DNA of 64,000 nucleotides from Azolla caroliniana (GCA_043228905.1 JBHGNT010000002.1:7564001-7628000), one strand, 5' to 3'. Counted from the first letter of the stretch, positions 25,459 to 40,361 are shown. Made by a program: numbers and translations. Notes: a model not told the origin generated them from the sequence alone.

Positions 25459-28400
25459 ACTCCCGAGCGTCAAATCATATGACGAGTCACAACGAATGGT
25501 TCTCGTACTTGGAGAAACCGGAAAAACTGGGAGTGGTCGAAATTGGAGACAACAATTTGCATACCATCGAACATGTCGAAGAAGTTCCCCTCAGCCACGT
25601 CGGGGAGAAAGGGAAACTCATGAACGTGATACATGTCCCAACAATAACCAAGATCCTGGTGTCGGTCGGACAGATCGTCGACCAGGGGATGCAATTTCGA
25701 TTCACGCATCTTGGTTGCTACATCGAAGAGGAAGGCAAGATAATTGTGCAAGGGCGCCGTGAAGGGAGGATGTTTATCCTCGAGACCAACGATGTAGGCA
25801 CCGCTATGTTCATGAATCGGATATCAACCTGTGGCACAAGTGGTTCGGCCACATAAATTTCCTGAAGCTTCGAGAAATGCAGATGAAAAACATTGTTTTC
25901 GGCTTGCTGAAATTCAATGGCCGAAAGGGCCAAGTCTGCGAAGCCTACCGGTTGGGAAAGCATCACTGACTTCCATTCCCCAATGAACGTAACCGGAGTC
26001 GAAATCCATTCGATGTGATCCATTCAGTGTGATCCATTCGGATATATGGGGACTAGCACAGAACGTGAGTCTCGGTGGAAGCCGATATTTCGTGACTTTC
26101 ATCGATGACTTCTCTCGGCACACTTGGGCGTGCTTGATCGCGAAAAAGAGCATGAAGGTAAAGAACCTTGTGGAAAGGGAAACCAGACAAAAGATCAAGT
26201 GCCTAAGGTCCGATGGTGGGAATGAGTACTTCTCCAACCAGTTCTCAAATTATCTGTAGGACGAAGGAATTCGGCATGAATTCTCCTGCAAATACACGCC
26301 ACAGTAGAATGGCTGAGCAAAAACATCGGACGATTGAAGAGGCAACCAGGGCAATGCTCAAAGAGAAGTATATGCCAAAATTTTATTGGGTTGAAGTCGT
26401 AAGGATAGTTGTTTACCTACAGAATCAGATTTGTGCTAATGGAGGAGTGTCGCCACATGAATTGTGCTTCAAGAAGAAGCCGAACTTAGAACACTGGAGG
26501 GTTTTCGGTAGCATCGTGTATGTGCATGTGCCGAAGGATAAACGGAGGAAGCTGGACGATAAAGCCATGAAGTGTATCTTGGTTGGAAACTCGGTTGAAC
26601 AGAAGGGTTATAAGTGTTATAACCCCCGAACCAAACAAGCTCGCACAAGTCGTGATGTTGTGTTCGACAAGTCTGCGTCATGGTACTTGCCTTTGCCTCC
26701 AACCACTGACGACTCCATTCCGATCACTGACGAAGAGGTCAATGAGGCTGAAATGCCTTGGGAGGAAGGAGATATCAAAGCTCCTGAAGAGAGTCCGATC
26801 TCATTTAGGCTAACTGGGCCGAATGAGCGATTGAGTCGGCATAACCAGTCAGATGCAGAGCCGGCGAGTAGTGGTGACTCGGCCGTGCATTCCTGCGCAA
26901 GAAGCCGAGGAGACAGCTTACGCGCGAAGAGAAGGCAAAGAAGAAGATGCCGGAGTACGACACTGATAAGGCGAGTCGGATCGAAGCGAATCTAACTCTG
27001 AGAAAAATGAAGACATACCTCCGGAAACGAAGTCCGCGTCGGCCAAGAGGGCCTCAAAATCGGCTAATGAGCAATTACGTCGATATACCCGCTAGAAGAA
27101 CCTCGTAGTGTGCTTTGGATACAACGAGTACATGGCGCATCATTATGCGTACATGATGCGAGTGGCAAAAGTGTGTGAGCCGCCAAAGCTGCGAAGGATG
27201 CGAACTGGCGTGCCGCGATGAAGGAAGAGATGTGCGTGTTATCAGACAATTAGACTTGGGACCTGGTTGACGCACCTAAAGGTGTGAAGCCGATCGGATG
27301 CAAATGGGTGTACAAGATGAAGTACAACACCGATGGCTAAGTCAACCGATATACAAGGCCCGGTTAGTGACGAAAGGCTACACGCAAAAGAACGACATCG
27401 ATTACGACGAGACCTTTTGCCCACGAAAGAAGCCCCTCTACGGACTAAAGCAAGCCTCGCACGCATGGAACGCGAAGATCACACAACGTCTACATCGTAT
27501 GGGGTTTACGACGTCCAAATCGAAATCTTCATTGTTCGTTCGGCAAGGTCAATATGGACTGGTTAGTCTTTTACTTTATGTTGATGATCTAGTTATCGCC
27601 GGTGCTGACCTAGATGAAATTGGCCGCGTAAAGTCTTCGCTTGCGGCATCATTCAACATCAAGGATCTAGGGGACCTTCACTACTTCCTAGGGATCGAAG
27701 TGATCCACACCCCCGAAGCCATACTGATCAGCCAACGTCACTACGTGTTGAATATTCTCTTCAAGTTCGGGATGGCAGATTGTAAGCCCATCTCGATCGC
27801 TCTGGACAAAAATGCAAAGCTTCGCCGATATTCAGGAAAGGCGTGCGACCCGACACGGTTCCGACAGATCGTCAGAAGCCTAATCTATTTGACGATCACT
27901 CAGCTAGATCTTAGTTATCCGGTCAGCTTGATCAGTCAAAATTTATGTCGCAGCCCACGTCCAAACATTTTCAGTGCACGAAGAGAATATTGTGATATGT
28001 CAGCGACACTAAGGACATGGCGTTGCTATATCAAGCAGGAGTAGCGGAACAGTTAGTTGGTTACACGGATGTTGATTGGGCCGGAAATGCCAGCGATCGC
28101 AGATCAACATCAGGATACACATTCTCATTGGGAAGTGTGGCGATCGCGTGGAGCAATAAGAAGTAGCCAACAGTGTCACTGTCGAGCACGGAGGCCGAGT
28201 ACCGAGGGGTGGTTGTCGCTACGTGCGAAGTCATTTGGCTCAGAAGGCTACTCAAGGATCTGCATTAGGAGGTGTCTGCTCCGACGACGATCTACTATGA
28301 CAACCTCATCAGCATCCAACTTGCAAAAAACCTCGTATTCCACGCCCTGACCAAGCACATTGAGGTGCACTACCATTTTTTCCACGAGCGTGTCCTCCCT

Positions 28401-31099
28401 GGTGATGTTGAACTAGTGTATGTTCCGACAAGTCGACAGACTGCCGATATTCTCACCAAGCCTCTTGGTCTCGACAAGTTGCGGCAATTCTTAGGTGCGC
28501 TTGGGTTGCGCCACCTCAACGTGCTGAACTTGATGGGGAGACAAGAACAATAGTGTGAGAGGAGCGGAAGTGACCGCGATTCCGAGTCAGATGAGAATTC
28601 GATTTCGGGTGGGTTGTAGAAGCCGAAGGAGAAGAAAGGGGCGACAACCACCCTCAAGTGGAGCTTGAGGGGGAGTGTTAAGATACAAGCTCAACATTGG
28701 GTGCGTAAACCAGTCCGTAAACTAGTGCGTAGGTTGGGCGCGTAAACCGGGTGCGCAACGAGAGGTCGTAATAGTGTGTAAACCGAGAGGCCGTTGGAAA
28801 GATATTCCGTGGAGGAATATATTTTGGGAGTTAGTGTAGGGGCTCCTTTACGAGCATTGAAGTATGTGTCAGTACTTCTGTTAGTCCGTATGGACTTGTA
28901 TAAAAGTGCTCTTTGAGCACATCCTATGTACAAAGTGTTATTTTCTTGGAATAGAACTGTTGTCTCTCCCTCTTCTTCTTCTCTCTGTGTTTTCTATGTT
29001 TCACTGAACTGTCATATTTCCGAACTGTGTACTCGGTGTCTTTTATGCACACGCTTCCGCACATATTCCTTTACATATTTTTACATGTTATATGTGAACT
29101 TGTATATGGTTTAGTATTGCATAGTCTAACATATAGTACATTCCAGAATATTCTAGTCTTTAGTACATTCTAAACATATTCTATGGTATATTTTGGATAG
29201 GTATATTCTAGAGATATTTCTCGGGTATATTCTAGAGATATTCAATCTCGGAACTTGTATAAATATGTGTATTCACCTAGATTACAATCAAGGTGAACAA
29301 CACTAGTTACGGAATCTTTCAATTCATCAACTCATCCATTCGAATTTTGTCTAGTCTATTGTGCATACAATCCATCCGTGGCACCAACACAAACAAGAGC
29401 CCACGGAGAGAAGGAAAACCGCGGTATTATATGATCGAGCGAAGACCGAAGAGCCAAGGAAGATGAGGGATTGGGACATACCTCCAAGCCCTCGAGTGGA
29501 AGGAACACTAAAGAATAACCCAACATGATTGAGGTTGCTTCAAGTGTGGAGATCTACACTTAGGGAGGGAATGCCCTGAGCAAGAAGGGGGTTTGAAGAA
29601 GAAGATGAGGAGGATTGGGACTCCCAAGTTTGAGTCAAGGCAATGGTGGTGAACTTTTCCCCAATCAAGGCAAAAGAAGCAAGTTCCGAATGGGAGGAGG
29701 CACCACGGGCACCACAAGAGACCGAACAAGAGTTGAGAATCGATTGTGTTCCAACTAAGATGGATGATTGTGGGTCAAAGGAGGAAGGATGAACTCAAAA
29801 GGCCTTATAGTGGGAGGCCGAGATGAAGGTGAACACACAAGATGAAGAGATGCAAGGGATCACTTGGAGGACCGTGAAGTTAAGGATCAAGGAAGGAATG
29901 CTCAACCAAGATGGAGAGCAAGTGGAAGAGACGAAGGGAAAGCCTTGCAAAGACAAAGGAAAAATGATTGAGAGTGACTCTAAGGAGCCAAGGCGGAGAC
30001 CCAAGCTACATAAGATCTTGGGAAAATTTTGTGAGCTTGATCATTCAGTCAAACTCTAGGGCTCCGGGTTGGATATGGTGCCCTTGTTCTATCCCAAAAC
30101 TAATTGGGACTCACTAGGGAGCTTATTCCTAGTCCTAAAAGGGGTGGTTCCTTGTGTTGGGACAACCCAATCCCAATGGGTAGTCCCAAGGGACTAACCA
30201 ACATTTAGTCCCAATGGCTAGCCACCCCATGACTAGTCCCAACGACCATCTCTTGGCCTTTATAACAAGGATCATTTCCTCATTCTTCTCATTCTTGATC
30301 TCTTGATTCTACTTGTAGCTCTTGGACCATGAAGCTCTCGTCCCGACATGTCGCAACTCCAACTTCTGGATTTTGTCCCAAAATTGGGAATGTTTTAAGC
30401 ATTGCCTTGTTCCTATAATATAAATCATCTTTTGTATCCCAATTTGTTTCCTATCCACGTTTTGTGTGCATTTTAGGACCCTCAAAAAATAGGGGTGCAA
30501 TAATGTAGATAATGTTGATGAAGCTCTTGAACAATCTCATTAGCATTCCTAAAATGGCTAATCTGTTTCCAAGTGATTTTTCACTATTGATATCCCTTCA
30601 AAAGACCAAATAAGAATGTTATTACTAAATGCGCTTCTAATCCTTCGTATTTAGGTTAGCTAATGGGGATTCTGAATTCATAGAATGAGAGCACATGGAA
30701 GATCCATCTTGGATTCGAAAGTGTGGGTGAATTTCTAGGGAGAACACAACAAGGAAAATACATTGGAAGATTTGAATGGGTTTGATTTATTGTATTTGAG
30801 TTTTATGCACGAAAGGGTTGTCTTGATGTTACATTGACCGAGAAATACCTTAAAGGTCACTAAGTTCAAAGTTCATTTGTTTGAATCACCATGAACCCTC
30901 CAAATCTGAATTGAAAAGAAGATAGTCTAGACTTGGAAAGAAAGTCTCGTATTACAAAGTTGCAACGCTTAATGACAAAGTGCTTACGATTTTGTTGCTA
31001 CTATGGGTGCCGTTATGATAAATATTTCTTTCTAGATCACACACTCACTCACTCTATCTTGTTGTTTTGTTTGTAGATTTATTATGTTTGTTTTAATTT

Positions 31100-32650
31100 T
31101 GTTATTTATGTAGTTTTTCGTACACAGAAGTGACATGGCAATTAATCTCAAACAAATGAGATTAGTGCAAGAATTTGATGTTGTCATCCAACAATTGTTA
31201 ATAGAGATAAAATTGGATGTAGAGATGCAAGTGATCATGCTCATATTTACATTACCTTAGTCATGGGATAAATTCTTCAAAGCATTTAGCAAGGAGATTT
31301 GCTATAGGTACATGGCAAATGCACAATGTTTGTGAGGGAAGTGATGTTGTCAAATCCACAATCAAAGCAAGTATCAACTAAAGAATGTAAAGTGTTACAA
31401 TTGGCACAGGATTGTCATTTCTAAACATCCATGCCCCAAAGTCTTTGAGAAGAACTCTATTGATGGGCATGTAAGACAATTTACCAACCTCATCATTTGT
31501 AAGGATAAATGAAATCAACTTCGTATTGGACAATAGAGAGAGGATACAAAAGCTTTTGAAATCCTCCACAAAATAAGCATCACATCCTATAATTGTCTTC
31601 TACTCGGAACTATGCAATTGGGAGATTTCAATGCACAATAATTAAAATTGGATCTATAACTTCACAATTAGAGGATATGAAGTTCTTTACATTGGAAGAA
31701 GCTTTCCATGTCCCTAAACTAACAAAAATCCTAAAGCTAATGGGCCAATTAGATGAAATTGGAAACAAGGTTGTGTTTGCAAAGTGATCCGTAAATACTT
31801 TTGAAGGAAGTCTTGTGGTCGCAAGAGGCAAGGAATCCACTTCAGTATATTCACTATATGCATGGTAAATTGGTTGAAGATTGAACTCTAGCATGGTGAA
31901 TTGATTCACATGTTGAAAACCAACATGGTGTTGTATTGTGGGAGTTCGTTGCCTTCAGTACCTTTTTGTATAAAACATCTCTGAATACTTTGTTCTTTGA
32001 AAGCAAATGATTAGTGTTCATAGCTTGCATATGGAATTCCCTATGACTCTGTTGAACCTATGCATTCTAACATGTGCGGATCAAACCAAATTAATTTGAT
32101 GAGATTAACATAGTACTTCTTGAACTTCACTAATGATGCTACCAAAAAAGCAAGGATGAGACCTTCACAATGTTTAAGGGTGTGACTTGCAATAATGGCG
32201 ACGGAGAAAGGAGAGAAGTTAAAAGTTCTAAGGTTGAAGATGAAGGGGAATCCAATTCTGATGAGTTTTCTCCCCAAGACAAACTAATCTTGATGCTTCA
32301 AAGTGCCTATCTGACCCAAGACTTATGGGCAGACACAATGTTCACTATTGCCCATGTCATTAATTTGTTTCCAAGCAAACACAAGGGCTTAAAGCTAGCA
32401 CATGAGCTCCAATATTATGACCACCTATGGACATTTTGCTAAGAGGCATACATTCATGTGTCCAAAGATCTGCACCAAAAGCTAGAGATGTGAAATTGAG
32501 AAAATGCATTTTCCTTATGATCCTAAAACCAAGTCTGGTTATCAATTGTGGATCCGAAATCCCAAATAGTGATTCAATGCCGTGTAGTCTTTTGCAAGAG
32601 AAGATGCATCCAAATTTAGGCAAGGAGGTAGAAAAATGGTCTGAAATTTG
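31100..32650 (+). mobile_element. Heavily decayed Copia relic
   Basis: Remnant motifs LP*SWDKF, FHVPKLTK, HSNMCG and LWADTMFTIAHVINLFPS. Boundaries approximate. Confidence 0.6.
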
Positions 32651-33091
32651 AGAATTACATGGTCAAAATAACAGAAACAAATTACAATATTACAAGAAAA
32701 GAGATACTAAACAATGGCTCTACATAGACAAAGAACATTGTACCAGGGCTCATGTATTATCTCTTAACAAAATTGATCAGCATTATGTTGACATTTTTTT
32801 AACAATGTGTAGATAAGATAAGAACTCCATTTACTACACCATTGCTCTTTTGTGATAATTACACAAATTTATTGCATCACCATACAAATGAATACATTCA
32901 TGTATGCTAAGCATGGATAAAGAACTCAAGCAACAGGATCTCGCTACAATTGACAAATGTGGAAAAAAGTAAGGCCTTTCCTAAGATATTGAGACCTAAA
33001 AGGGGTGAAAACTTAGAGAAAATCCTTGATCAGTTCATTGGGACCCCAATTTTGAGGGCAAGTAAAAGTAAATCGAAAAGATGCCAGATAT

Positions 33092-36000
33092 TTATAAAGA
33101 CGACGGTTTGCTCATATGGTTAGCATGCGACCAATATTCAAATACGAGTTTCGCAAAAAGACTATTTTCGTCTTCAAGAAGCTTTGTCGGTGCGTCATAT
33201 TCCGCTATTTTTCCTGACCACAAGGAAAAAAGAAAAACAGCATTAGCAAATAACCACATTAAGTGTTATGCATTTTCTCATGGCTCGAGAAAAGATGCTC
33301 ACTTTCTCTCATGTTTCCCGATATTTATTATGAGCTATTGTCATAATGTTAGGTGCTAATCCACAATGTGAATGAAACCTCTGAATGGGGAAATTGTCTA
33401 AGAGTTCACGTAATAGCTAAATACAAGTCAAACTCACATACCATCCCTAAGAGCAAGGACCATGTCGCTATCAATAACCGTCGGGATCCGATGCGCCACA
33501 GTGATGACAGTGCAATCAACAAATTCGTCCCTCATCACTTTTTGAAGAAGTGCATCGGTTTGCGAATCTACGGATGCGGTAGCTTCATCCAAAACCAAAA
33601 CCTTGCTTTGCCTGAGCAAAACCCGTCCGAGACAGAAGAGTTGCCTTTGGCCCGCACTCCAGTTTTCCCCCTCATCACTCACTACAAAGATATATGAATC
33701 ACATAACATATTGACCATAGCTTAATCATAAGCTTAGTGCAATTTTTGTGAGTCATTAATGTTTGTAGATCTAGCGCATACCTTTCATATTGCATGATGT
33801 GTAAAAACTACAAAATGCTAGCCTTCTCAGTTTCAAAAATTCTCAAGATATGCCTCTTGCTCACCTAAGGAAAATGTAGTTATGTACTTGATCTTCTTCT
33901 TCGAATGGAATAATTAGGGTGGAAAAGTTGTAATTCCTCCTTTAAATTAACTCATTCATAATTGCCCCCACCCTCTGGGAAACTTAATCCTACATTGCTA
34001 CGTCAAAGAAGAAGTTAAAGTATATAGCTACTTTTTCCCTGTTTTAATTGAAAGCATATCTATATATTTCTGAAAGCTGTAAGGGTACTTCACATATATC
34101 ACCTACCATAAAGTGTACTTCTGAAAATATTCTTAGATTTACACACCAGGCGCATCCAATTGCAATGGTGCCTCCGTTATTTCTTTACCCAATTGACATC
34201 TGTGGAGAACCTGCGAATTCACCAATCCACACAATCACAATAAATGAGGCAAAAACATAACGACAATAAAATTGGAAAGGAACATACAAACTGAATAGAG
34301 TGAAAAACATTTGTATCATCTTACTTGCCAAATTGCTTCATCTGAGTATTGCTCTAGCGGATCTAAATTGGATCGGACAGTGCCATGGAATAAGGTAGGT
34401 TCCTGAGGAATTATCCCAAGCCGGGAACGCAAGTCGTGCAAGCCAATGGAGCATATATCCACATCGTCAATGAGAATTCTTCCACCCACGGGTTCAACCA
34501 ATCGAAAGAGAGCACTAATGAGAGTTGTTTTCCCACTTCCTGTTCGCCCTACAACACCAATCCTTTTTCCTCCCTCAAATGTACACGTGATGCCATGTAG
34601 CACAAGAGGGGAGTGGGGTGTATATCGTATCTAAGCATCATTTCGGCATCAATAGAGGATTCAAGAGCATCTTGTCAATCCATTACAATTAAAATAGGGG
34701 GGAAAACGCCAGAATACACCTTAGCTTCTAGGATATTTATCAGATTATCCCTTGGTTTCTAAAGGTTACCGAAATACACCTTTAGTATTTGAAATTTGTA
34801 CATGAGGCTATTCTCACAATTCTTGGAAACTTTGGGATATCCTTGGAAATACCACAAGTTAGGGGGATTTTGGTGTTTTTCCTAATGATATATTCACAAG
34901 AAGTTTTTCCTGCCTTTTGAAAGAGGTCCTAATCCACAGTTTCGGAATCATATTGGGATATTTTCTAAGTTTTTATGCGTATATCACATCCATGGGCCAA
35001 CATAAGGGATTGACTGACCTTCAAATTTTCCAAAACCACCTTGCCTCTCCAAGGCCAATTACTTGGCGGGCAATTCCCTTCAATAATAGAAGAACCTTCA
35101 CTTGGTAAATGCCTATACTGGTTGATTCGCTCTACCGAGACAATGTAGTTAACCAACTTGCATTGCCATTGTACGAAGAATACTTGGATTGAAGTGAGAG
35201 AGAGGGCGTAAGTCAAGGACAATCCAGCAAACCCTAATTTTAAATAAACCAAAACCCAATATTTGTCACAACTTTTGGAACCTCAAAATGTCAAGGGATA
35301 TATGACAGGAATTGAATCCTTTCCCACATGATCAAAAAGTATCAAAAACTTCTTATAACTTATGGTTGAGACACAAAACACTATGTAAGATTGTTGAATC
35401 TGGAAAAAAAAATTGTAAATCAAGGATGAGACAACAACCTGGACTAGATGTAGGAAAAATGACAAGAAGTAAACCAGTTGCACACAACAAAATGTTACTG
35501 AGAAATTCTAGGCGTTGTATGAGCCACTCCAATGCAGCACTGTTGTGAAAATAAAGGCTGGAGTCATTGTCAATGAGACATAAGTTCTTTCTTTTAAATT
35601 TCTCCACCATCTGGAATGCTCGGATTGTTGCAGCGCCTTGTGCCGTTTCTCCAGAGAAGTTCACAATAGGGGCCTTAGTCGTGGCATTCAACCTCATGAG
35701 CTCCTGAGCTGACCGCACATAATAATACTACATTGCACCACAATGTTCAATATTGCACATAAATTTTATGCCATTTTTAGTCATGAAATCATAATAAAAG
35801 TGCTGATGAGGTTGTGCATTCAGCCATGTAACTGCCTTCAAGTCATGACAGGCGATCAAGGAACATAAGATACAAAATATATACACACACATACATAAGT
35901 ACATATACACAAACAACATACCTGTATGCATACATGTACACATGCACACTGACAATGCTATTACAAATACACACCCCCAAGAAGAAACCAATTAAAATTA

Positions 36001-39000
36001 CCATGGGAAAAGGAAACATATAACAGATAAAAACTTCAATGAATGCAGCCACAGCCCTGAAGAAACACAAAGAATTAATGTACAGAAATAACAGAAAAAG
36101 CAACCATCCCTACATATTATTATCATCTCTCAAAGCAAAAAGAGCATGTTGGTGTAAAAACCATGTGGGCTGAACAAAGTGCAAATTACCTGAAGCTTTT
36201 GAACGATATAAAGCATAGGAATTGCAAAAATAAGTATCTCCCATGTGATCACAGCAATCACAATAAGAATTCCGAGTAGTTCAAGAGTTCCAGCCAGTAC
36301 AAAACCAAAGCAGAATGGCATGTCCAAGTCAAGCATGGTCAAATCTGTAGAAAACTAAAGGTAAAACAAAAAGGGAAAAAAATTTCACAGACCCTTCTTC
36401 TCACAATGAATAAATGTTAAAACAATCTATGATACATACTCGGCTAAGGATTCTTCCGGTTGGAGTGGAATCGAAAAATGACATAGGGGCTTTGAAAATC
36501 TTCCGTGTCATATCGTAGAAGAAAGCTTTGGAAGCTTTAAGACCCAACCATACATTAAATGTTGATCTTAGATGAACAAATACAGCACTAGCTACTGAAA
36601 GCAGAGCATATACACCAACTAGCAACCCTTGAGACACCCTTGTATTGCTGACCTCAGCTGCTAGCCAAAAGTTACTTAGAACTTGCAAAATGACAAACAA
36701 GGCCTGCCATATGCTCATAAAAACAAAAACCAGCAATCCTTTAGAAACCGTTATATATTCTTTGTACGGCTTGAGGCCTATATCTCCCTTCTCTGTTTCT
36801 TCATCTTGTACAAGTTGAATAGCTTCACCCAGACGATCAACCCAACTACTTGCTTTTCTACTTAGCTTCCTTTGCATTCGGTTGGATTCAGAGTATATTC
36901 CATCATCCGTGCGAATAGTTTCCCCAAAGCTAACAGTTGTCAACGCTTCCTGGTGAGCATTCACAAGCTGCTCAAATGTTTCGCCGGCATGCAATAGATC
37001 TGCATAACGTCCTGATTGCTGAATTTCCCCTCCTTGCATGACCTATAAGTTTTTTCACAGAATAGAATGTCATGAGTGAATATGTAGGATTATCATATTA
37101 TACAAGTCACCCATCATATAATGTCAACAGGGGTGGTTACTAACTTAGTTTCAAAAAATACAATGTCATGAGTTGATGCATAGAGCTATTGTAATATGTA
37201 AGTCAATAATCATATACGAGTTTGGTGAAATGCAAAGTATCAGGTTTACCAGGATACTATCTACAGCCGGAAGAAACTCCACTTGATGGGTCACAAGAAC
37301 AACCAATTTCTTGGCTAGCATTCCCATTATACAATCCTGCCAAGAAAATCAAAAAGCAAGATAGCTAGCAAAATATTACTATCATGTTGCAAAATATAGG
37401 TATGGATATTGTGATCTTCTCACATTGAATAACACTGCAGCTGTGTGCGCATCGACTGCACTGAAGGGATCATCAAGGAGATAAATGTCTGAATCACTGT
37501 AAACAGCCCTCGCAAGTTGTATCCTCTGTTTCTGTCCTCCACTCATATTGAGACCTCTTTCACCAATCTCTGTGAGATCTCCAAAAGCAAATCCTTTAAT
37601 ATCCTTATCTAATGAGCAAGCCTTAATGGTTTTTTGATAATAAACCTTATCAAACGGCCTTCCAAACAATATATTGTCCCGGACTGTCCCACTCTGTATC
37701 CAGGCAGATTGTGCTACATAGGCTGTAGTACCGACAATTTGCACCTACATATACAATGCTAGTTTCTTTCTGCTATAATAATTAATCCTCATTGATTAAT
37801 TTATCACAAAAAGATTGCTTCATTGCAGATCATTAGAGCTAATAAACTAACTATTATTGTAGGGCATGCTATAAAGATCTATGGATGGATGGTGAAACAT
37901 CAATATTCTGAACTCTCAGAAACTTTCCCACAACAATTATTACATTGCACCTAAGATTAAGAGCCTCTTTCTGTAGGTGAGGTGGAGCATACGTGGCTAA
38001 CAAAAGATAATAGATTAAATTATCGCCATGAGGCCTAGAAAAGTATGTTTATTCTAGTTCTGGCTTAGGCCATGGTGTAAAGGTCTATACCAGATGGACA
38101 GCAAATCTACATCTATTTTTCTAGTAACAGACATACATTAAATGTCATGTACAAATATAAAAGATGGAAATGATTTCGACTAACTACGTAGCATAAACAA
38201 CACCATTATAACTTTGATAAATAAAGACTAACAGTATACAAATTAGGTACTCACAGATCCCCTAAGCTTTGGTATCTCTCCTAGAAGAGCACAAATAAGT
38301 GAAGTTTTCCCCGAGCCCACCGCACCACAGACAGCAATCTTCTCTCCGGCTTTGAAGGTGAGATTGATATTTTTTAGTGTTGGTTTGGGAGACTCTGGGT
38401 TCCACGTGAAGGTACTATCACTGGCTCTGACAGCATATGCTTCTCCGACACTAACAGGAAGGCGTGTAATCGCATCTTTGGGCAGTTCATCGTCTCTAAG
38501 AAACTTCCCTATCCTATTCAGAGAGACAGTAACTTGGATATACGCCGCAAGAACTTCAGGTATCATTCTCACGGGATCTTGGATGATCTTGAAAGTGGCT
38601 AGCACCGTGAAAACAATTGTTGCATTTAGTGGCTGATTCAACCAAATGCAGCTTGCAAATACTACTGATCCAATTGCGATGGGTGATAGCCAATACAATA
38701 TAGTGCCCAACGATCTCCTTGACTGCATCTTTGAAAGCCATTTAAACTCCTCTTCTCGTAGCTCCTCTAAATGCAGCCTAAACCTATCTTCCCAAGCTTG
38801 CAACTTAAGTACTTTGATGTTGTTAAGGAGCTCAGTCGTGGCTCTAAGCCGCTGATCTTGAGCTACCATGTATTCCGACTGGCAATGTTGCAACGATCGA
38901 GCTAAGGGAGTGTTCAAGATGACAGTGCAGATAATGATAGCAAGACCCGGGATGGTAGCCAAACCAACAGTAATGAAGAGGATAATGATAGCCAATGCCA

Positions 39001-39997
39001 TTTGGACAGGCACCGCCCACATGTAATGCATATACCAAGGGAACTCGCCAATGCGATATGCATCTACGGCTACGTAGCTAACAATCTCCCCTGCTGCATG
39101 AGTTTTTCTTCCGATGCTTGAGAGCCGAAGCTCCTTCTCAAACACCGCTGCTAAAATGGCAGATCTCATTTGCATACCCAGCCTCCGGCATCCGAAATAC
39201 CAATGGCGTTGCGCCACGGATTCAACGATCTTGGCCATGAATAGGCCAAGGACCAAGAGGTAGCCGTCTAGCTTAGAGACCCCTTCTTCTTCACTAGGAG
39301 TGGTGGCTAGATTTGATGTATAATCAACAAAGTAGAGAAGAAAGAGTGGACCTGAGGTCATGGCAAGGGTGCGGAGAAGCGCGTAGAGACCCGTCTGCAA
39401 CGCGAGCGGATAGAAGCATTCGGAGAGGACTCGGGCAATCGAAGAAGGGTACGAATGTTTTCCCGGCTTCACAGAAGAGCTCCAAGGCCTGCTTCCATCT
39501 CTGGAGTTCAAATGTCCGTTTACATTTTTGCTGTTTGTGTCACCACCCTCAACAAAGTAGCCATGGTCGCCTGTTGCATCAGAGGGATTCCTGCCATAGA
39601 TCCTAGAGCTTCCATTAACGCTTACTTGTTCATTATTGGCATGGTTGGTTTTCTTGGTCCAAGCATCAGAGAAGGTCCGGAACAGAGTAGAAGCAGAGTC
39701 TTCTGGCGACAAGCGAGGTATATCCTGGAGGAGGAGAGATTTAGAGAATCCGGATTGAAGAATGGGATTGAGCCAGGAGAAGAGGAAGTGAGAGAGATAA
39801 GAGCAGGTATGATATGGTGTGATTGTGGAGGAAGTGGGAGGCAGGGGAAGCTCTGAAGAAGAAGAAGAAGAAGAAGGGAAATCATGATTGTCATGGGCAG
39901 GAAGAAATCTGGGGTCTGAAGATGGAGGAGAAGCAGATGAAGATGAAGGAGGAGGTAGTAAAGGTTGAAACAGGGTCTGCTCTGAGCTCTCCTCCAT
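33092..39997 (-). CDS. ABC transporter C family (MRP/ABCC, ABCC8/ABCC10-like), 11 coding exons, 1384 aa
   Basis: Exons 39997-38255, 37744-37424, 37336-37250, 37042-36440, 36354-36190, 35727-35439, 35233-35019, 34630-34325, 34210-34147, 33681-33442, 33213-33092. All introns GT-AG; total 4155 nt in frame. NBD1: [23 protein letters not shown]2: [22 protein letters not shown]. Start codon is inferred. Confidence 0.95.
34698..34882. mobile_element. Degenerate Mutator-like MITE in ABCC intron 7
   Basis: Imperfect TIRs GGGAAAACGCCAGAATAC / GATTTTGGTGTTTTTCC, similar in style to 42733-43044. Confidence 0.45.
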
Positions 39998-40361
39998 AGC
40001 CAAATAATTGCTGTGTGTAGCCGTCACACAGTAAACATATGGAAAACAGAGGATCCAGTTACATATTTAAAAGGAATTTTTTTTCTGAAGTTTGATTACT
40101 TCTTCTGTTCCTGAATCGGATCGATCTGCGCTCTCTTTCAGAAAATCAAATTAAAAATTGAAATCGAAGGCGGCCAAACTTTTGAGAAATCTCAAAGAAA
40201 ATGCCCAAAAACGCCAAAAAGAAAGCTCTGCAAAGATTGACCGTACTACGATCGTCATATCAATCACAGTCCGTATGCACGGATGGATGCCCAGGAGTAT
40301 GATTGAGTCATTACTTTTTTTCTCTGATTTTGTTATGCATGCATGCATCATGTATAGTATG

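Larger units (their letters stand above)
18454..29075 (+). mobile_element. Ty1/Copia element (degenerate, internally deleted), LTRs 18454-18849 and 28676-29075
   Basis: Perfect TSD TATTT on both sides; PBS TGGTATCAGAGC (tRNA-iMet) at 18850-18861; gag, protease, integrase, RT (YVDDL) and RH remnants; PPT before 28676. Confidence 0.93.

Noticed and set aside
29086-30500. One or two further LTR relics
   Set aside because: LTR-like composition and TATA motifs, but no partner LTR, PBS or TSD could be established.
35728-36103. Hydrophobic Cys-rich ORFs
   Set aside because: Artefacts of (TG/TATG)n microsatellites inside ABCC intron 5; the same applies to 40579-40836.
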